Of a stretch of 64,000 bases of DNA, positions 30,256 to 40,667 are shown in pieces (within the stretch, counting starts at the first letter, position 1; every line of letters starts with the position of its first letter). Both the position numbers and the translations under genes were made by a program. This DNA is from Anaerolineae bacterium (GTDB taxonomy: Bacteria > Chloroflexota > Anaerolineae > B4-G1): the NCBI GenBank assembly GCA_041687115.1, contig JAWLCP010000003.1, forward strand, positions 7,315-71,314. Reading direction: 5' to 3'. The notes beneath the pieces are model-generated. The model searched no databases. It saw only the letters and a program-made list of their open reading frames with translations, and had not been told where the DNA came from.

Positions 30256-31656
30256 GTGAGCGGTATGTCCACCACATCCGGCGTCCCCCATAAGCGCGTC
30301 CACCTGGTGGGTGTCGGGGGGGCGGGTCTCTCCGCCATCGCTCGTGTGCTTCTGGAGCAGGGGAGCGAGGTCAGCGGATCCGACCTGGTGATGTCGCCAG
30401 TGGCGGAGGCGTTGGCGCGGGACGGTGCTCGCGTTTTCGAGGGCCATGCCGCCGAGAACGTCGACGGTGCCGACGTGGTCCTGGTCTCGTCGGCGGTCCC
30501 GGAGGACAACGTGGAGATCCAGGCGGCACAGGCAGCGGGTATCCCCGTCGTGGGCCGGCCGGCGTTCCTCGGGCAGCTGATGGAGGGAAAGCGCGGCATC
30601 GCCGTGGCCGGGACGCACGGCAAGACCACGACGACGGCGATGATCGCCTCCATTCTGCTGGCGGCAGGGCGCGACCCGACGTTCGTCGTCGGGGGCGTGC
30701 TGGCGGGCCTGGAGACGAACGCGAGGGCGGGGGCGGGATCGCTGTTCGTCGTCGAGGCGGACGAGTATGACTGCACGTTCCTGAGCCTCAGTCCAGAGGT
30801 GGCCGTGGTGACGAACGTGGAGCACGATCATCCGGACTGCTACCCGACGTTCGACGATTTCCGGGCCGCGTTCGAGGAGTTCGTGGGGTTGGTACCGGAG
30901 CGAGGATTGCTCGTGGTGTGCTGGGATGATCCGGTGGCTCGCGAGATCGGCGAGCGGCGGGCCGATGCGACGCCGGTGACGTTCTTTGGGCTGGGCGAAG
31001 GGGCAGCGTGGCGAGCCGAGGAAATCAGCCCCAATTTCGCGGGCGGTGTCGATTTTCTGGCCATACGCGAAGGGGAGACCATGGGTCTGGTGCGGCTTCG
31101 GATTCCCGGGGCTCACAACGCTTCGAACGCGATGGCGGCATTGGCGGTGAGCGACTATCTCCAGGTACCGTTTCGGGTCGCTCGAGAGGCCCTGACGGAG
31201 TTCTACGGCGTGGCGCGTCGCTTCGAGGTCAAGGGGGAGGCCGACGGGGTGGTGGTGGTGGACGACTACGCCCATCACCCGACGGAGATCCGGGCGACGC
31301 TGCGGGCTGCGGTCGGGCGCTTCCCGGAGCGGCGCATCTGGGCGGTGTGGCAGCCGCACACCTACACCCGCACGAAGGAGCTGTTGACCGAGTTCGCGGC
31401 GTCGTTTGGCGACGCCGATGAGGTGATCGTGCTTCCCATCTACGCGGCGCGAGAGACGGACAGTCTGGGAGTGAGCGCTGCCCGCGTCGTGGAGGCGATG
31501 GACCACCGCGGCGTCCGCGCTGCGAGATCGATGGAGGAGGCGCTGACCTGGTTGGGGACTGAGGTGAGGCCAGGCGACGTGGTGCTCACGCTGGGCGCGG
31601 GCGACGGACACCTGGTCGGTGACTGGTTGCTGGAGGTGCTCGAGAGAGCAGGATGA
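30256..31656 (+). CDS. murC: UDP-N-acetylmuramate--L-alanine ligase MurC.
   Basis: VHLVGVGGAGLSAIA, GTHGKTTTTAMIA P-loop, DYAHHPTE. Confidence 0.92.
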   Translation: MSGMSTTSGVPHKRVHLVGVGGAGLSAIARVLLEQGSEVSGSDLVMSPVAEALARDGARVFEGHAAENVDGADVVLVSSAVPEDNVEIQAAQAAGIPVVGRPAFLGQLMEGKRGIAVAGTHGKTTTTAMIASILLAAGRDPTFVVGGVLAGLETNARAGAGSLFVVEADEYDCTFLSLSPEVAVVTNVEHDHPDCYPTFDDFRAAFEEFVGLVPERGLLVVCWDDPVAREIGERRADATPVTFFGLGEGAAWRAEEISPNFAGGVDFLAIREGETMGLVRLRIPGAHNASNAMAALAVSDYLQVPFRVAREALTEFYGVARRFEVKGEADGVVVVDDYAHHPTEIRATLRAAVGRFPERRIWAVWQPHTYTRTKELLTEFAASFGDADEVIVLPIYAARETDSLGVSAARVVEAMDHRGVRAARSMEEALTWLGTEVRPGDVVLTLGAGDGHLVGDWLLEVLERAG

Positions 31657-31806
31657 TGGAGAAGAGAGACCAAGTTGAAGGGAACCAGAGGGGCGAAGAG
31701 TTGAAGGGACGTTTGAAGGGCGTGCGCAAGCGGAAGCAGGTCCAGCAGTGCCTGGGGCAGGACGGGGTGGCGTTCAAGGTGCGGCTGGCAAGGGCACGAG
31801 GGCGCG

Positions 31807-32817
31807 TTGGCCGCTGAATCGAACCTGTCCGCTCTGGCGGAAGCCCTGGGTCCGTGCGCGCGCCGCGACGTGCCGTTGGCGCCCTTCACGTCGATCCGTG
31901 TGGGGGGGGCCGCCGACGTCTTCGTCGTCGCCGGGAGCCAGGACGAGCTGGTGCACGCGGTCAGGCTGGCGCGACACTATGACGTCCCCTGGCAGGTATT
32001 GGGCAGCGGCTGCAACGTCCTGATCGCGGATGAGGGAGTGCGCGGCCTGGTGATCGCCAATCGGGCAGAGTCGATCTTCATCGAAGGTGGGCTCGCGCGG
32101 GCGGAGTCGGGGGCGAAGCTGACCGTGCTGGCTCAGAGGGCGGTGGAGGCTGGCCTCGAGGGCCTTGCCTGGGCAGCGGGTCTGCCGGGTACGGTCGGCG
32201 GGGCCGTGGTGGGGAACGCGGGTGCTTTTGAGGGGGACGTCGCCGGCGTGCTCGGCAGTGCGACGATGCTGGAGCCCGACGACGAGGTAAGGGAGAGACC
32301 GAACACCTGGTTCGAGTTCCGGTATCGGGGGAGCCGCCTGAAGGGCCGGCCACACGTTGCAGCGGAGGACGGTTTCGGCAGAGGGGAGGCAGCAGATGGC
32401 GGATACGTGGTTCTGAAGGCGGCGTTCGATCTGAAGCCTGGGAACCGGGCGGCGTTGCGGGCGAGAGCCGAGGAGATTCTGACCTGGCGCAGGACGCGCC
32501 ATCCGTCGGGCGCGACCATGGGCTCGACGTTCAAGAATCCGCCGGGCGGGCACGCCGGCCGGCTCATCGAGCGAGCCGGGCTGAAGGGGCTGCGGATAGG
32601 TGGAGCACAGATATCGGAACAGCACGCGAACTTCTTCGTCAACGTGGACGATGCCACGGCCGTTGACGTGTGGGCCCTCATCGAGCGAGCGCGGGCGGAG
32701 GTGAGACGACAGTTTGGGGTGGTTCTAGAGCTGGAGATCGAGCCGCTGGGTTGGGACGGGAGCGTCATGAACGGGACCTCGACAAAGTGCCAGGGCAGGG
32801 CAGATGGGAACGGATGA
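31807..32817 (+). CDS. murB: UDP-N-acetylenolpyruvoylglucosamine reductase MurB (TTG start).
   Basis: FAD-binding PCMH domain (IRVGGAADVFV, LGSGCNVLIADEG). MurB C-domain. Confidence 0.88.
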   Translation: MAAESNLSALAEALGPCARRDVPLAPFTSIRVGGAADVFVVAGSQDELVHAVRLARHYDVPWQVLGSGCNVLIADEGVRGLVIANRAESIFIEGGLARAESGAKLTVLAQRAVEAGLEGLAWAAGLPGTVGGAVVGNAGAFEGDVAGVLGSATMLEPDDEVRERPNTWFEFRYRGSRLKGRPHVAAEDGFGRGEAADGGYVVLKAAFDLKPGNRAALRARAEEILTWRRTRHPSGATMGSTFKNPPGGHAGRLIERAGLKGLRIGGAQISEQHANFFVNVDDATAVDVWALIERARAEVRRQFGVVLELEIEPLGWDGSVMNGTSTKCQGRADGNG

Positions 32818-32818
32818 G

Positions 32819-33949
32819 ATGACCGACAGAATCCGGGTGGCAGTGATCTTCGGCGGGCGATCGGGGGAGCACGAGATCTCCCTTGTCTCCGCCCAGTCTG
32901 TGATGGAGGCCATGGACGACGCGAAGTACGACATTGTCCCCATCGGCATCACCAAAGAGGGCCGGTGGATCGCCTCAGGGGATCCGGTTCGGGCCCTGAC
33001 GGCCGGCGATCCCCAGGCCAGCGGGCCCGCGGCGCTGCTGGGCGACCCTTCACGACGCAGCCTGATGCGTCTGGAAGAGACTGAGCAGGCGCTGGAGGCG
33101 ACCCCGCTCTCCGAGATTGACGTGGTCTTCCCGGTCTTGCACGGTCCATATGGCGAGGATGGTGCTGTCCAGGGATTGCTCGAGTTGGCGGGGCTTCCCT
33201 ACGTCGGGGCCGGGGTCACCGCCTCTGCAGTGGCGATGGACAAGGCGATCTTCAAGGACGTGATGCGCGCACACGGGTTGCCGATCGTGGACTACGCTCT
33301 TGTGAAGCGGCGTACGTGGGAGACAGATCCGAACGCGGTCATCTCCCAACTCGAGCGCCGGTTCAGCTACCCGGTCTTCACGAAGCCTGCGAATCTGGGT
33401 TCGAGCGTGGGCATCAGCAGGTGTCGAGATCGCGCGGAGCTGGCCGACGGACTGACGGAGGCGGCCCGCTACGATCGAAAACTGCTGGCGGAGCCCGCGG
33501 TGCCGCAGGCGCGGGAGATCGAGGTCAGCGTCCTGGGCAACGATGATCCCATCGCCTCTCTTCCTGGCGAGATCGTCCCCAGCCGGGAGTTTTACAGCTA
33601 CGAGGCCAAGTATCTGGACACCGGGGATGAGGCATCCGCTCTTCACATCCCTGCACCGCTTTCTCCGGAACTGACGGATACCGTGCGTGAACTGGCTGTA
33701 CGGACGTATAAGGCGATCGACTGCGCGGGCATGGCCCGCGTGGACTTCCTGCTCTCCGGAGAGACGGGGGAGTTGATGGTGAACGAGGCGAATACGATCC
33801 CCGGTTTCACCGACATCAGCATGTATCCGAAGCTGTGGGAGGCCAGCGGTCTCCCATATCCAGAACTCATCGATCGGCTGATCGAGCTGGCGCTGGAGCG
33901 ACACCGGGACAGAGTGCGCATGGAGACTTCTTATCAACCTCAGGAGTGA
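32819..33949 (+). CDS. ddl: D-alanine--D-alanine ligase.
   Basis: RVAVIFGGRSGEHEISLVSA N-terminus. ATP-grasp fold. Alternative ATG at 32804. Confidence 0.9.
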   Translation: MTDRIRVAVIFGGRSGEHEISLVSAQSVMEAMDDAKYDIVPIGITKEGRWIASGDPVRALTAGDPQASGPAALLGDPSRRSLMRLEETEQALEATPLSEIDVVFPVLHGPYGEDGAVQGLLELAGLPYVGAGVTASAVAMDKAIFKDVMRAHGLPIVDYALVKRRTWETDPNAVISQLERRFSYPVFTKPANLGSSVGISRCRDRAELADGLTEAARYDRKLLAEPAVPQAREIEVSVLGNDDPIASLPGEIVPSREFYSYEAKYLDTGDEASALHIPAPLSPELTDTVRELAVRTYKAIDCAGMARVDFLLSGETGELMVNEANTIPGFTDISMYPKLWEASGLPYPELIDRLIELALERHRDRVRMETSYQPQE

Positions 33950-33953
33950 GCCT

Positions 33954-34778
33954 ATGACCAGGTCTTGGAACCGCCCACGGAAGAGACGATATGAACACAC
34001 AGGTGCAGTGGTCCTGAACCAGGTGCGGTTGGGCCAGGCTCCCATCTCGCTGCGGAGGTTGCGCTGGCGCCACATTGGATTGTGGGCCGTGGTGGTCTTG
34101 ATGGTGGCTGCAGGGGCAGTGGTGGCATGGCTGACCTGGGACAGCCGCTTCTACGTCTACGATGCCGAGGTCGTGGGCACTCGCCAGCTCTCAAGCGCAG
34201 ACCTCTTCGCGGCCAGCGGGCTGGATGGGCTGCATATCCTATGGGCGAGGCCGGCCTCGATAAGAGCACGGCTTTTGGGCGAATTCCCGTCCCTGGAGAG
34301 CGTGGACGTCAGCTGTGGCTTCCCTTCGGACTGCAGGATCTCGGTCGTAGAGCGTCAGCCACGGGTTCTTTGGAACGACCAGGGCCAGCAGTGGTGGGTC
34401 GACGAGGACGGTGCCATCTTCGAGGCAGAGGATGGGGCAGGAGCTCCGGATCGGGACATGGCTGGGCGATGGCTGGTCAGGGGGCCACTCCCACGGAGCG
34501 AGGACGGGAGTCTCGACCAGCGAGTGCGCGTGGCCTTGGCGGAGCTTTGGGCCAGCGGCGCGGACGTGCCGGCGGAGTTTGAGTACCGGACCGACCGGGG
34601 GCTAAGCTTCACGGATCGGCATGGATGGCGCGTTGTGGTGGGACAAGGATCCGGGATGGATCAGCGTCTGCGGACACTGGAGCCCCTGATGGACCATCTC
34701 GAATCGCGCGGGGCCACGCCTCTGTTTGTGGATGTGCGTTTCCCGAAGGCACCTTACTACTCGGAAGGGATCGACTAG
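33954..34778 (+). CDS. ftsQ: Cell division protein FtsQ/DivIB (POTRA domain).
   Basis: Bitopic: TM LWAVVVLMVAAGAVVAW, then POTRA-like FYVYDAEVVG. Position before ftsA. Confidence 0.8.
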   Translation: MTRSWNRPRKRRYEHTGAVVLNQVRLGQAPISLRRLRWRHIGLWAVVVLMVAAGAVVAWLTWDSRFYVYDAEVVGTRQLSSADLFAASGLDGLHILWARPASIRARLLGEFPSLESVDVSCGFPSDCRISVVERQPRVLWNDQGQQWWVDEDGAIFEAEDGAGAPDRDMAGRWLVRGPLPRSEDGSLDQRVRVALAELWASGADVPAEFEYRTDRGLSFTDRHGWRVVVGQGSGMDQRLRTLEPLMDHLESRGATPLFVDVRFPKAPYYSEGID

Positions 34779-34809
34779 GCGCAACGACTGCCAGGTAGGG
34801 AGTGAGGCC

Positions 34810-36033
34810 GTGGAACGAACCGTCGTCGGCATTGATGTAGGATCCAGCAAGATCTGTACGCTGGTAGGGGAGATCCGTGAGCAGGGCGACCTACGTGTCG
34901 TGGGCGTGGGGCTGGTTCCGGCACGGGGGCTGCGCAAGGGCGTGGTGGTCAACGTCGAGGACGCCACGGCAGCGCTGGCGGCCTCGATTGACGAAGCTGA
35001 GCGTTCCTCAGGCTACAAACTGGAGCGGGCTTACGTCAGCGTCAGCGGCGAGCACGTCTCCTCGCTCAACTGCCAGGGCGTGGTGGGCGTCTCACACCGG
35101 AGGGACGGGATTACGGTCGACGACGTGGAACGCGCGTTAGACGCCGCGTGTGCGATCACGGTTCCCCACAATCACGAGATCATCCACGTCATCCCGCGCG
35201 GGTATGTGGTGGACGGTCAGAGCGGCGTGCAAGACCCTGTTGGCATGCACGGCTTCCGTCTGGAGGCAGAGGTGCACGTGGTCACGGCGTCGTCGACCGC
35301 GATTCAGAACCTGCTGAAGTGCGTGAGCCGAGCGGGTATGGAGGTGGACGAGGTAGTCTCCGCAGCGATAGCGGCCGGGGATGCCGTCTTGACAGAGACA
35401 GAGCGGGAGATGGGAGTGGTGTTGGCGGACGTCGGGGCGGGCACGACGGATGTGGCCATCTTCATCAACGGGACGGTGTGGCACACCATCACGCTCGGCG
35501 TCGGTGGTGCCTACGTTACCCAGGATGTGGCCATCGGTCTGCGTCTCTCCCCCGCCGTCGCTGAAGAGATCAAGATAAAACACGGCCACACGATCGCGAG
35601 CGAGGTGGATTCCGAGGAGGAGTTCATGGTAGCCTCGTTTGGCGACGAAGCGCGTCAGCCGGTCCCGCGCTGGCAGTTAGCGAGCATCATTGAGGCCCGA
35701 GCTGAGGAGATTCTGTCGATGATCGGGAAAGAAATCAAGCGCTCGGGGTACGATGGGCTGCTGCCCGCCGGTATCGTGTTGACCGGGGGCACCGCACAGC
35801 TCCCCGGTATCCTGTCGCTTGCACGGGAGGTGCTGGATCTCCCCGCGCGGGTGGGGAAGCCACAGGGTCTCCATGGGCTCGTCGATACGGTCAACAACCC
35901 CGCTCACGCTGTAGGTGCGGGATTGATGATGTGGGGGAGTACAGAGGAGGCGCGACCGCAACTGCGCAGCAGGCCCGGGCCGGTCAACAAGGGGCGCTTC
36001 CTCGACTGGCTGCGGGCGTTCCTGCCGGGTTGA
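34810..36033 (+). CDS. ftsA: Cell division protein FtsA (GTG start).
   Basis: Actin-fold motifs VVGIDVGSSKICTLVGE, DVGAGTTDVAIF. Confidence 0.9.
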   Translation: MERTVVGIDVGSSKICTLVGEIREQGDLRVVGVGLVPARGLRKGVVVNVEDATAALAASIDEAERSSGYKLERAYVSVSGEHVSSLNCQGVVGVSHRRDGITVDDVERALDAACAITVPHNHEIIHVIPRGYVVDGQSGVQDPVGMHGFRLEAEVHVVTASSTAIQNLLKCVSRAGMEVDEVVSAAIAAGDAVLTETEREMGVVLADVGAGTTDVAIFINGTVWHTITLGVGGAYVTQDVAIGLRLSPAVAEEIKIKHGHTIASEVDSEEEFMVASFGDEARQPVPRWQLASIIEARAEEILSMIGKEIKRSGYDGLLPAGIVLTGGTAQLPGILSLAREVLDLPARVGKPQGLHGLVDTVNNPAHAVGAGLMMWGSTEEARPQLRSRPGPVNKGRFLDWLRAFLPG

Positions 36034-36232
36034 TGGACGCGAGGACCGTCGTGGCGAGGCGGTGTGTGCTCGATGTGCTCGAGCTGAAGGAATCAGGGTA
36101 AGCGGTGACCGTGCGCAGGGTGGGGTGCCGGCATCATCACTCTTATTGAAGGCGTAGGGGAGGACAATGAGGAGAGACATATCACAGGAAGGCGGAAACG
36201 TGGGCTCGCATCAGTTCAATGAAGGGGGATCT

Positions 36233-37309
36233 ATGAATAGAGCATCACAACCCGAGAGCTTCGCCAAGATCCGGGTCGTCGGTGTGGGAGGCGGCGGGAG
36301 CAATGCCGTCAATCGCATGATCGCTGAGGGGATGGGTGGCGTCGACTTCGTCGCTGTCAACACCGACGCTCAGGCGCTTATGCTGTCCGACGCCCCTGCC
36401 CGAGTGCGTATCGGCGACAAGCTGACGCGCGGCCTGGGTGTGGGAGGCAACCCGGATATGGGCCAGGAGGCGGCGGAGGAGTCGGTGGATGAGCTGTTCG
36501 ATATCCTCGAGGGCTCCGACATGGTGTTCATCACCGCCGGGATGGGCGGAGGGACGGGCACCGGGGCTTCGCCCGTCATCGCGCGGGTGGCGAAGGAGGT
36601 CGGTGCGCTGAGCATCGGCGTGGTCACCCGTCCCTTCAACTGGGAGGGGTCGGTGCGTGGTCAGGCGGCTCAGAAGGGCATCGCGAACCTCAAAGAGGAG
36701 GTCGATACGCTGATCGTGATTCCGAACGACCGTCTGCTGGAGATCACGGACAAGCGCGTGACGCTGCAGAATGCGTTCTCGCTGGCCGACGACGTGCTGC
36801 GGCAGGGCATCCAGGGAATCTCCGAGCTGATCACTGTGCCGGGTTTGATCAACCTCGACTTCGCCGATGTGCGAACCATCATGGCGGAGGGTGGGGCAGC
36901 GCTGATGGCCGTTGGGCGCGCCAGCGGCGAGGATCGGGCCGTTGAGGCTGCCGGGCAGGCGATCTCCAGCGAACTCCTGGACGTCACGATCGACGGTGCC
37001 CGGGGCATCCTGTTCAACGTCACCGGTGGACCAGATCTGAGCCTGTACGAGGTGAACGAGGCGGCGTCGATCATCAAGCGGACGGCGCACCCCGACGTCA
37101 ACCTGATCTTCGGGGCTGTGGTCGACCAGGAGATGGAGGACGAGATCCGCATCACGGTGATCGCCACTGGTTTCGACCAGACGAACTCACGGTCTCGGAT
37201 GACCAGCCGGTCAGATGGGAGGGAGAAGCCCGAGTCGGTCGAGTTCGATGCGCCTTCCTTTGATACGGACGACATCGAGATTCCGGCGTTCCTGCGACGC
37301 CGTAACTGA
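36233..37309 (+). CDS. ftsZ: Cell division GTPase FtsZ.
   Basis: [17 protein letters not shown], tubulin signature [20 protein letters not shown]. Confidence 0.95.
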   Translation: MNRASQPESFAKIRVVGVGGGGSNAVNRMIAEGMGGVDFVAVNTDAQALMLSDAPARVRIGDKLTRGLGVGGNPDMGQEAAEESVDELFDILEGSDMVFITAGMGGGTGTGASPVIARVAKEVGALSIGVVTRPFNWEGSVRGQAAQKGIANLKEEVDTLIVIPNDRLLEITDKRVTLQNAFSLADDVLRQGIQGISELITVPGLINLDFADVRTIMAEGGAALMAVGRASGEDRAVEAAGQAISSELLDVTIDGARGILFNVTGGPDLSLYEVNEAASIIKRTAHPDVNLIFGAVVDQEMEDEIRITVIATGFDQTNSRSRMTSRSDGREKPESVEFDAPSFDTDDIEIPAFLRRRN

Positions 37310-37731
37310 CGGCGACAGCTTGAGGGCGGGCGGCGGAAGGCGTGCAGTCGTCTTCCGGTAACGCCTGCTGCTCTCTGGGGAGCGGATTACGGTTCTGCTG
37401 CGCTTTGAGGGCTCCTTGCGGCGCTTGGGTGCGACGTGGGGCAGCGAGACTGGAGGCCAGGGGAGGCGGTCCCGCTGGATGCTCGTCGCGCGCGGCAGTG
37501 GATCGGCGTGGCTTGGAGTCCCGGCCGCGGGTTGGGCGTCACGGCGCGTATGGCGGCAAGCGACTCGCGGGCGTGCTGTCGCGCACTCTGGATGATGTCG
37601 GTGACCGGGAAGGGGTCAGGCGCGATACGGTGGGATACGGGTAGGCTCCTCAAACCGAGTGGGTGACAACTGGTGCTGGCGGATAGCGGGGAATGGCTTT
37701 CCGTCGAGCGGCGACACAGGGTAACGCGAGA

Positions 37732-37833
37732 TCAGAACGGCGGGCCGCCTTGCAGAGCAGCGAATAGAACGACCAGGACGAGGACGAGGGCCAGCGTGGC
37801 AATGAGCAGTCGTTCGGCGTAGATTCTGTCCAC
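37732..37833 (-). CDS. Candidate 33-aa hydrophobic micro-protein (not in ORF track).
   Basis: GTG start preceded by a strong SD (cgAAAGGAGaaacc-GTG). Peptide VDRIYAERLLIATLALVLVLVVLFAALQGGPPF is a single TM helix. Confidence 0.35.
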   Translation of the reverse strand: MDRIYAERLLIATLALVLVLVVLFAALQGGPPF

Positions 37834-37923
37834 GGTTTCTCCTTTCGGGTTGAAGGAATGGCGTATGACGGCGGCCGACAAGCGCGCATAGAGCGGGCGA
37901 ATCCGCACTTCGTTTGGCGACGG

Positions 37924-39264
37924 CTACGCCATCTTGTAGAGCTCGGTGTGGACACGCTCGCGGACCTCCGCGCGCATCTGGCCGCGTGAGACGGCCAGCT
38001 CCTCCAGGGTCCGCTCCACCGCCTCAAGCATCGGTATCGGGCCACACATGAAGAAGGTGCATTCCCTGAAGTCCTCGCAGAGAAGGCGCTCCAGCACATC
38101 TCTATCGATGAACCCGCTCTCGCCCCCCCAGCCCTCGGGCGGGTTCTCCAGCACGTGGATGACCTGCAGGTTCAGCCTCTCCTCCAGGGCCTCAAGCTCC
38201 TCCCGGAAGATAATCTCCTCCCAGGCCGGATTCCCGTAGAAAAACTGTATCCGTCGATCGTCGCCGCGGTCGGCTAGCGTGCGAAGCATGCTCATGACGG
38301 GCGCGGAGCCGATGCCTCCGGCAATGAGGATCAGGCCAGCTTCCGGCTCGCGGTACAGGTCGAAGGTGCCGTAGGGGCCGTCAACGTAGACCCTTGTCCC
38401 GACGGGGACATCCCCGATGGTGGAGGTGAAATCTCCCAGCTCTTTGATGGCGAAGCCAATCTGTTCCGGGCGCTCGGCGCTGGAGGCGAACGAAAACGGA
38501 TGCTCCTCGATGCGAAAGGGGGAATGTCCGACAGACAGCCACGCGACCTGGCCGGCCTTGAACGTGAGACCCTCGTGGCCTTCCGGTTCGAGAATGAGGG
38601 TCCAGGTCTTGCCCCGCTCCTCGATGACGTCGACCACCCGGTATGGGTGCTGCAGGAGCGTCCACGGCTTGATGACCCGGATGTAGACGATCATGGCCCC
38701 CCAGATGACCGCCAGCGCGATGACGAGGCCGCGCTGCACCGGAACGGAGGTGTAGTAGTTGACGTTCAGGATGTGGTAGAGGGCGAACCCTATGACGCCG
38801 ACCGAGAAGGCGTCGTGGAGCGTGCGCCAACTCTCGTAATTGAGGCCGAGGGCAAGGCGCCTGACCGACGTCAGAACCAGCACCAGCAGGATCACTACGG
38901 AGGCGACCCCGGCGCGGGCGCGCCACGGCGCGGTGAAGACGTTGAGGAGTTGAAGCGTGTAGGGGTTCTGGACGAATAGGATCAGGGGATGGGCCAGGGT
39001 CACAAGGAAGGCAGCGATGGACAGGCGGTGGTGGAAGGCGTAGAGGGTATCGGGCGGGAACACCTCGCTGAGAAACGGCAGGCGGGCGGTGGGGATGAAC
39101 TGAAGGCCCATGAGGGAGAGGCCGGCGAAACCCATGGCGGCGGATAGCTCTCGCCAGAAGGTACGGCCCTCCGGACGGGGCGCCAGCAGAAGGACCAACA
39201 GCGGGGCCAGCGCGATCACAAAGTAGATGGAGATCCAATAGAGCTGCTTCGTTCGTCGTTTCAT
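37924..39264 (-). CDS. NOX/FRE-family flavocytochrome: ferric-reductase transmembrane domain fused to an FAD/NAD(P)-binding ferredoxin-reductase-type domain.
   Basis: Six TM helices with His-containing FRD domain. HPFSFAS (FAD-binding), GGIGSAPV (NAD-binding), FFMCGP motif. Confidence 0.75.
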   Translation of the reverse strand: MKRRTKQLYWISIYFVIALAPLLVLLLAPRPEGRTFWRELSAAMGFAGLSLMGLQFIPTARLPFLSEVFPPDTLYAFHHRLSIAAFLVTLAHPLILFVQNPYTLQLLNVFTAPWRARAGVASVVILLVLVLTSVRRLALGLNYESWRTLHDAFSVGVIGFALYHILNVNYYTSVPVQRGLVIALAVIWGAMIVYIRVIKPWTLLQHPYRVVDVIEERGKTWTLILEPEGHEGLTFKAGQVAWLSVGHSPFRIEEHPFSFASSAERPEQIGFAIKELGDFTSTIGDVPVGTRVYVDGPYGTFDLYREPEAGLILIAGGIGSAPVMSMLRTLADRGDDRRIQFFYGNPAWEEIIFREELEALEERLNLQVIHVLENPPEGWGGESGFIDRDVLERLLCEDFRECTFFMCGPIPMLEAVERTLEELAVSRGQMRAEVRERVHTELYKMA

Positions 39265-39427
39265 TGGGATTATCCTATGGTCACTGTGACGCCCGTGCTG
39301 GCGCGGTCGTCGGCGGTATTTGAGTTTTCGTGGAGTTAGTATATACTGCTTGAGGTCCTTCGGCAAATCGGAGTGGGGCTGGGCGGTCGTTTCACACTGA
39401 AAGAGATAGGGAGGGAGAGGGGGAGAC

Positions 39428-40516
39428 ATGAAGTGGCCTAGAGGCGTCGTTGTCGGCCTGATCGTGGTCGTCATTGGCGGTGTGGGGGCCTGGGCGTACG
39501 GCTTCTTCGTCGCCCCGGAGTCGGTGGAGGAGATTAGCGCGAAGTGGACGCTCTCCGGTCATGCGGATGGTGAATCGTACTCCTTCACCCGTTGGGATGA
39601 TGAGGAACCCCCCGAGATCCCGAGAGTCTGCGCCAAGTGCCACAGTATGGAGGGGTACCTCGACTTCGTGGGGGCCGACGGCTCGGCTGCGGGCGAGGTG
39701 GATCGCGCTGTCCTGGGGGGATCCGTGGTCAGCTGCCGCACGTGTCACAATGAGCCGGCGCACCAGATGGCGGAGGTCACCTTCCCCTCGGACATCACGG
39801 TGGAGGAACGCACCAAGGCGGCGAACTGCATGCAGTGTCACCAGGGGCGGCAGTCGACGCCGGACATAGACGAGGCGCTGGCCGGGCTGGAGCCGGACGT
39901 GGTCTCCGATGACCTGGGGTTTGTCAACGTCCACTACGCCGTCGCCGCTGCGACGCTGCTGGGTGGCGACGCGCAGGTTGGGTACCAGTACCCCGGGAAG
40001 TCCTACGTGGGCCGGTTTGAGCACGTCGAGGAGTACGACACGTGTATCGAGTGCCACGATGCCCACAGTACGTTCCGCAATCCCGACCAGTGCAGCCCCT
40101 GTCACCTCAACGTCGTGGACCGCACCGATCTGCGCGAGATACGCGTGAGCGGTGTGGACTACGACGGGGACGGCGACGTGGACGAGCCGATCCGCGGCGA
40201 AGTGGCCTCATTCCACGACGCCCTCTACGCGGCGATTCAGGATTACGCGGCAGAGGTCATCGGGGAGCCGATCGTCTACGAGGACTCCTTCCCTTACTTC
40301 TTCAACGATCCTGACGGGGGCGAGGTGACGTTCGCCGATCGGTACGCGTCCTGGACGCCCCGGCTGGTGCGGGCGACGTACAACTACCACTACGTGCACG
40401 AGGATGCGGGCGCGTACACGCACAACGCCAGGTACGTGCTGCAGCTGCTGTACGACAGTATGGAGGATCTGGGGCAGGCAGTGCCCGTGCAGATGGAGGG
40501 TTTCGTGCGCCCATGA
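39428..40516 (+). CDS. Membrane-anchored pentaheme c-type cytochrome.
   Basis: Five CxxCH motifs: CAKCH, CRTCH, CMQCH, CIECH, CSPCH. N-terminal TM anchor. Confidence 0.8.
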   Translation: MKWPRGVVVGLIVVVIGGVGAWAYGFFVAPESVEEISAKWTLSGHADGESYSFTRWDDEEPPEIPRVCAKCHSMEGYLDFVGADGSAAGEVDRAVLGGSVVSCRTCHNEPAHQMAEVTFPSDITVEERTKAANCMQCHQGRQSTPDIDEALAGLEPDVVSDDLGFVNVHYAVAAATLLGGDAQVGYQYPGKSYVGRFEHVEEYDTCIECHDAHSTFRNPDQCSPCHLNVVDRTDLREIRVSGVDYDGDGDVDEPIRGEVASFHDALYAAIQDYAAEVIGEPIVYEDSFPYFFNDPDGGEVTFADRYASWTPRLVRATYNYHYVHEDAGAYTHNARYVLQLLYDSMEDLGQAVPVQMEGFVRP

Positions 40517-40667
40517 CCAGGGCCTGACTGCACAGCGCCGGCCCGGCGAAGGACCCGATGCGACATCGGGGAGGGCGTGATTATCTGGCAGGCGCGATCA
40601 GTTCTGGGCTCAGATACCGCTGCTGGTCCTTCGCCGGGCTCTTGGTGACGGATTCCCGGGCGCGCGC

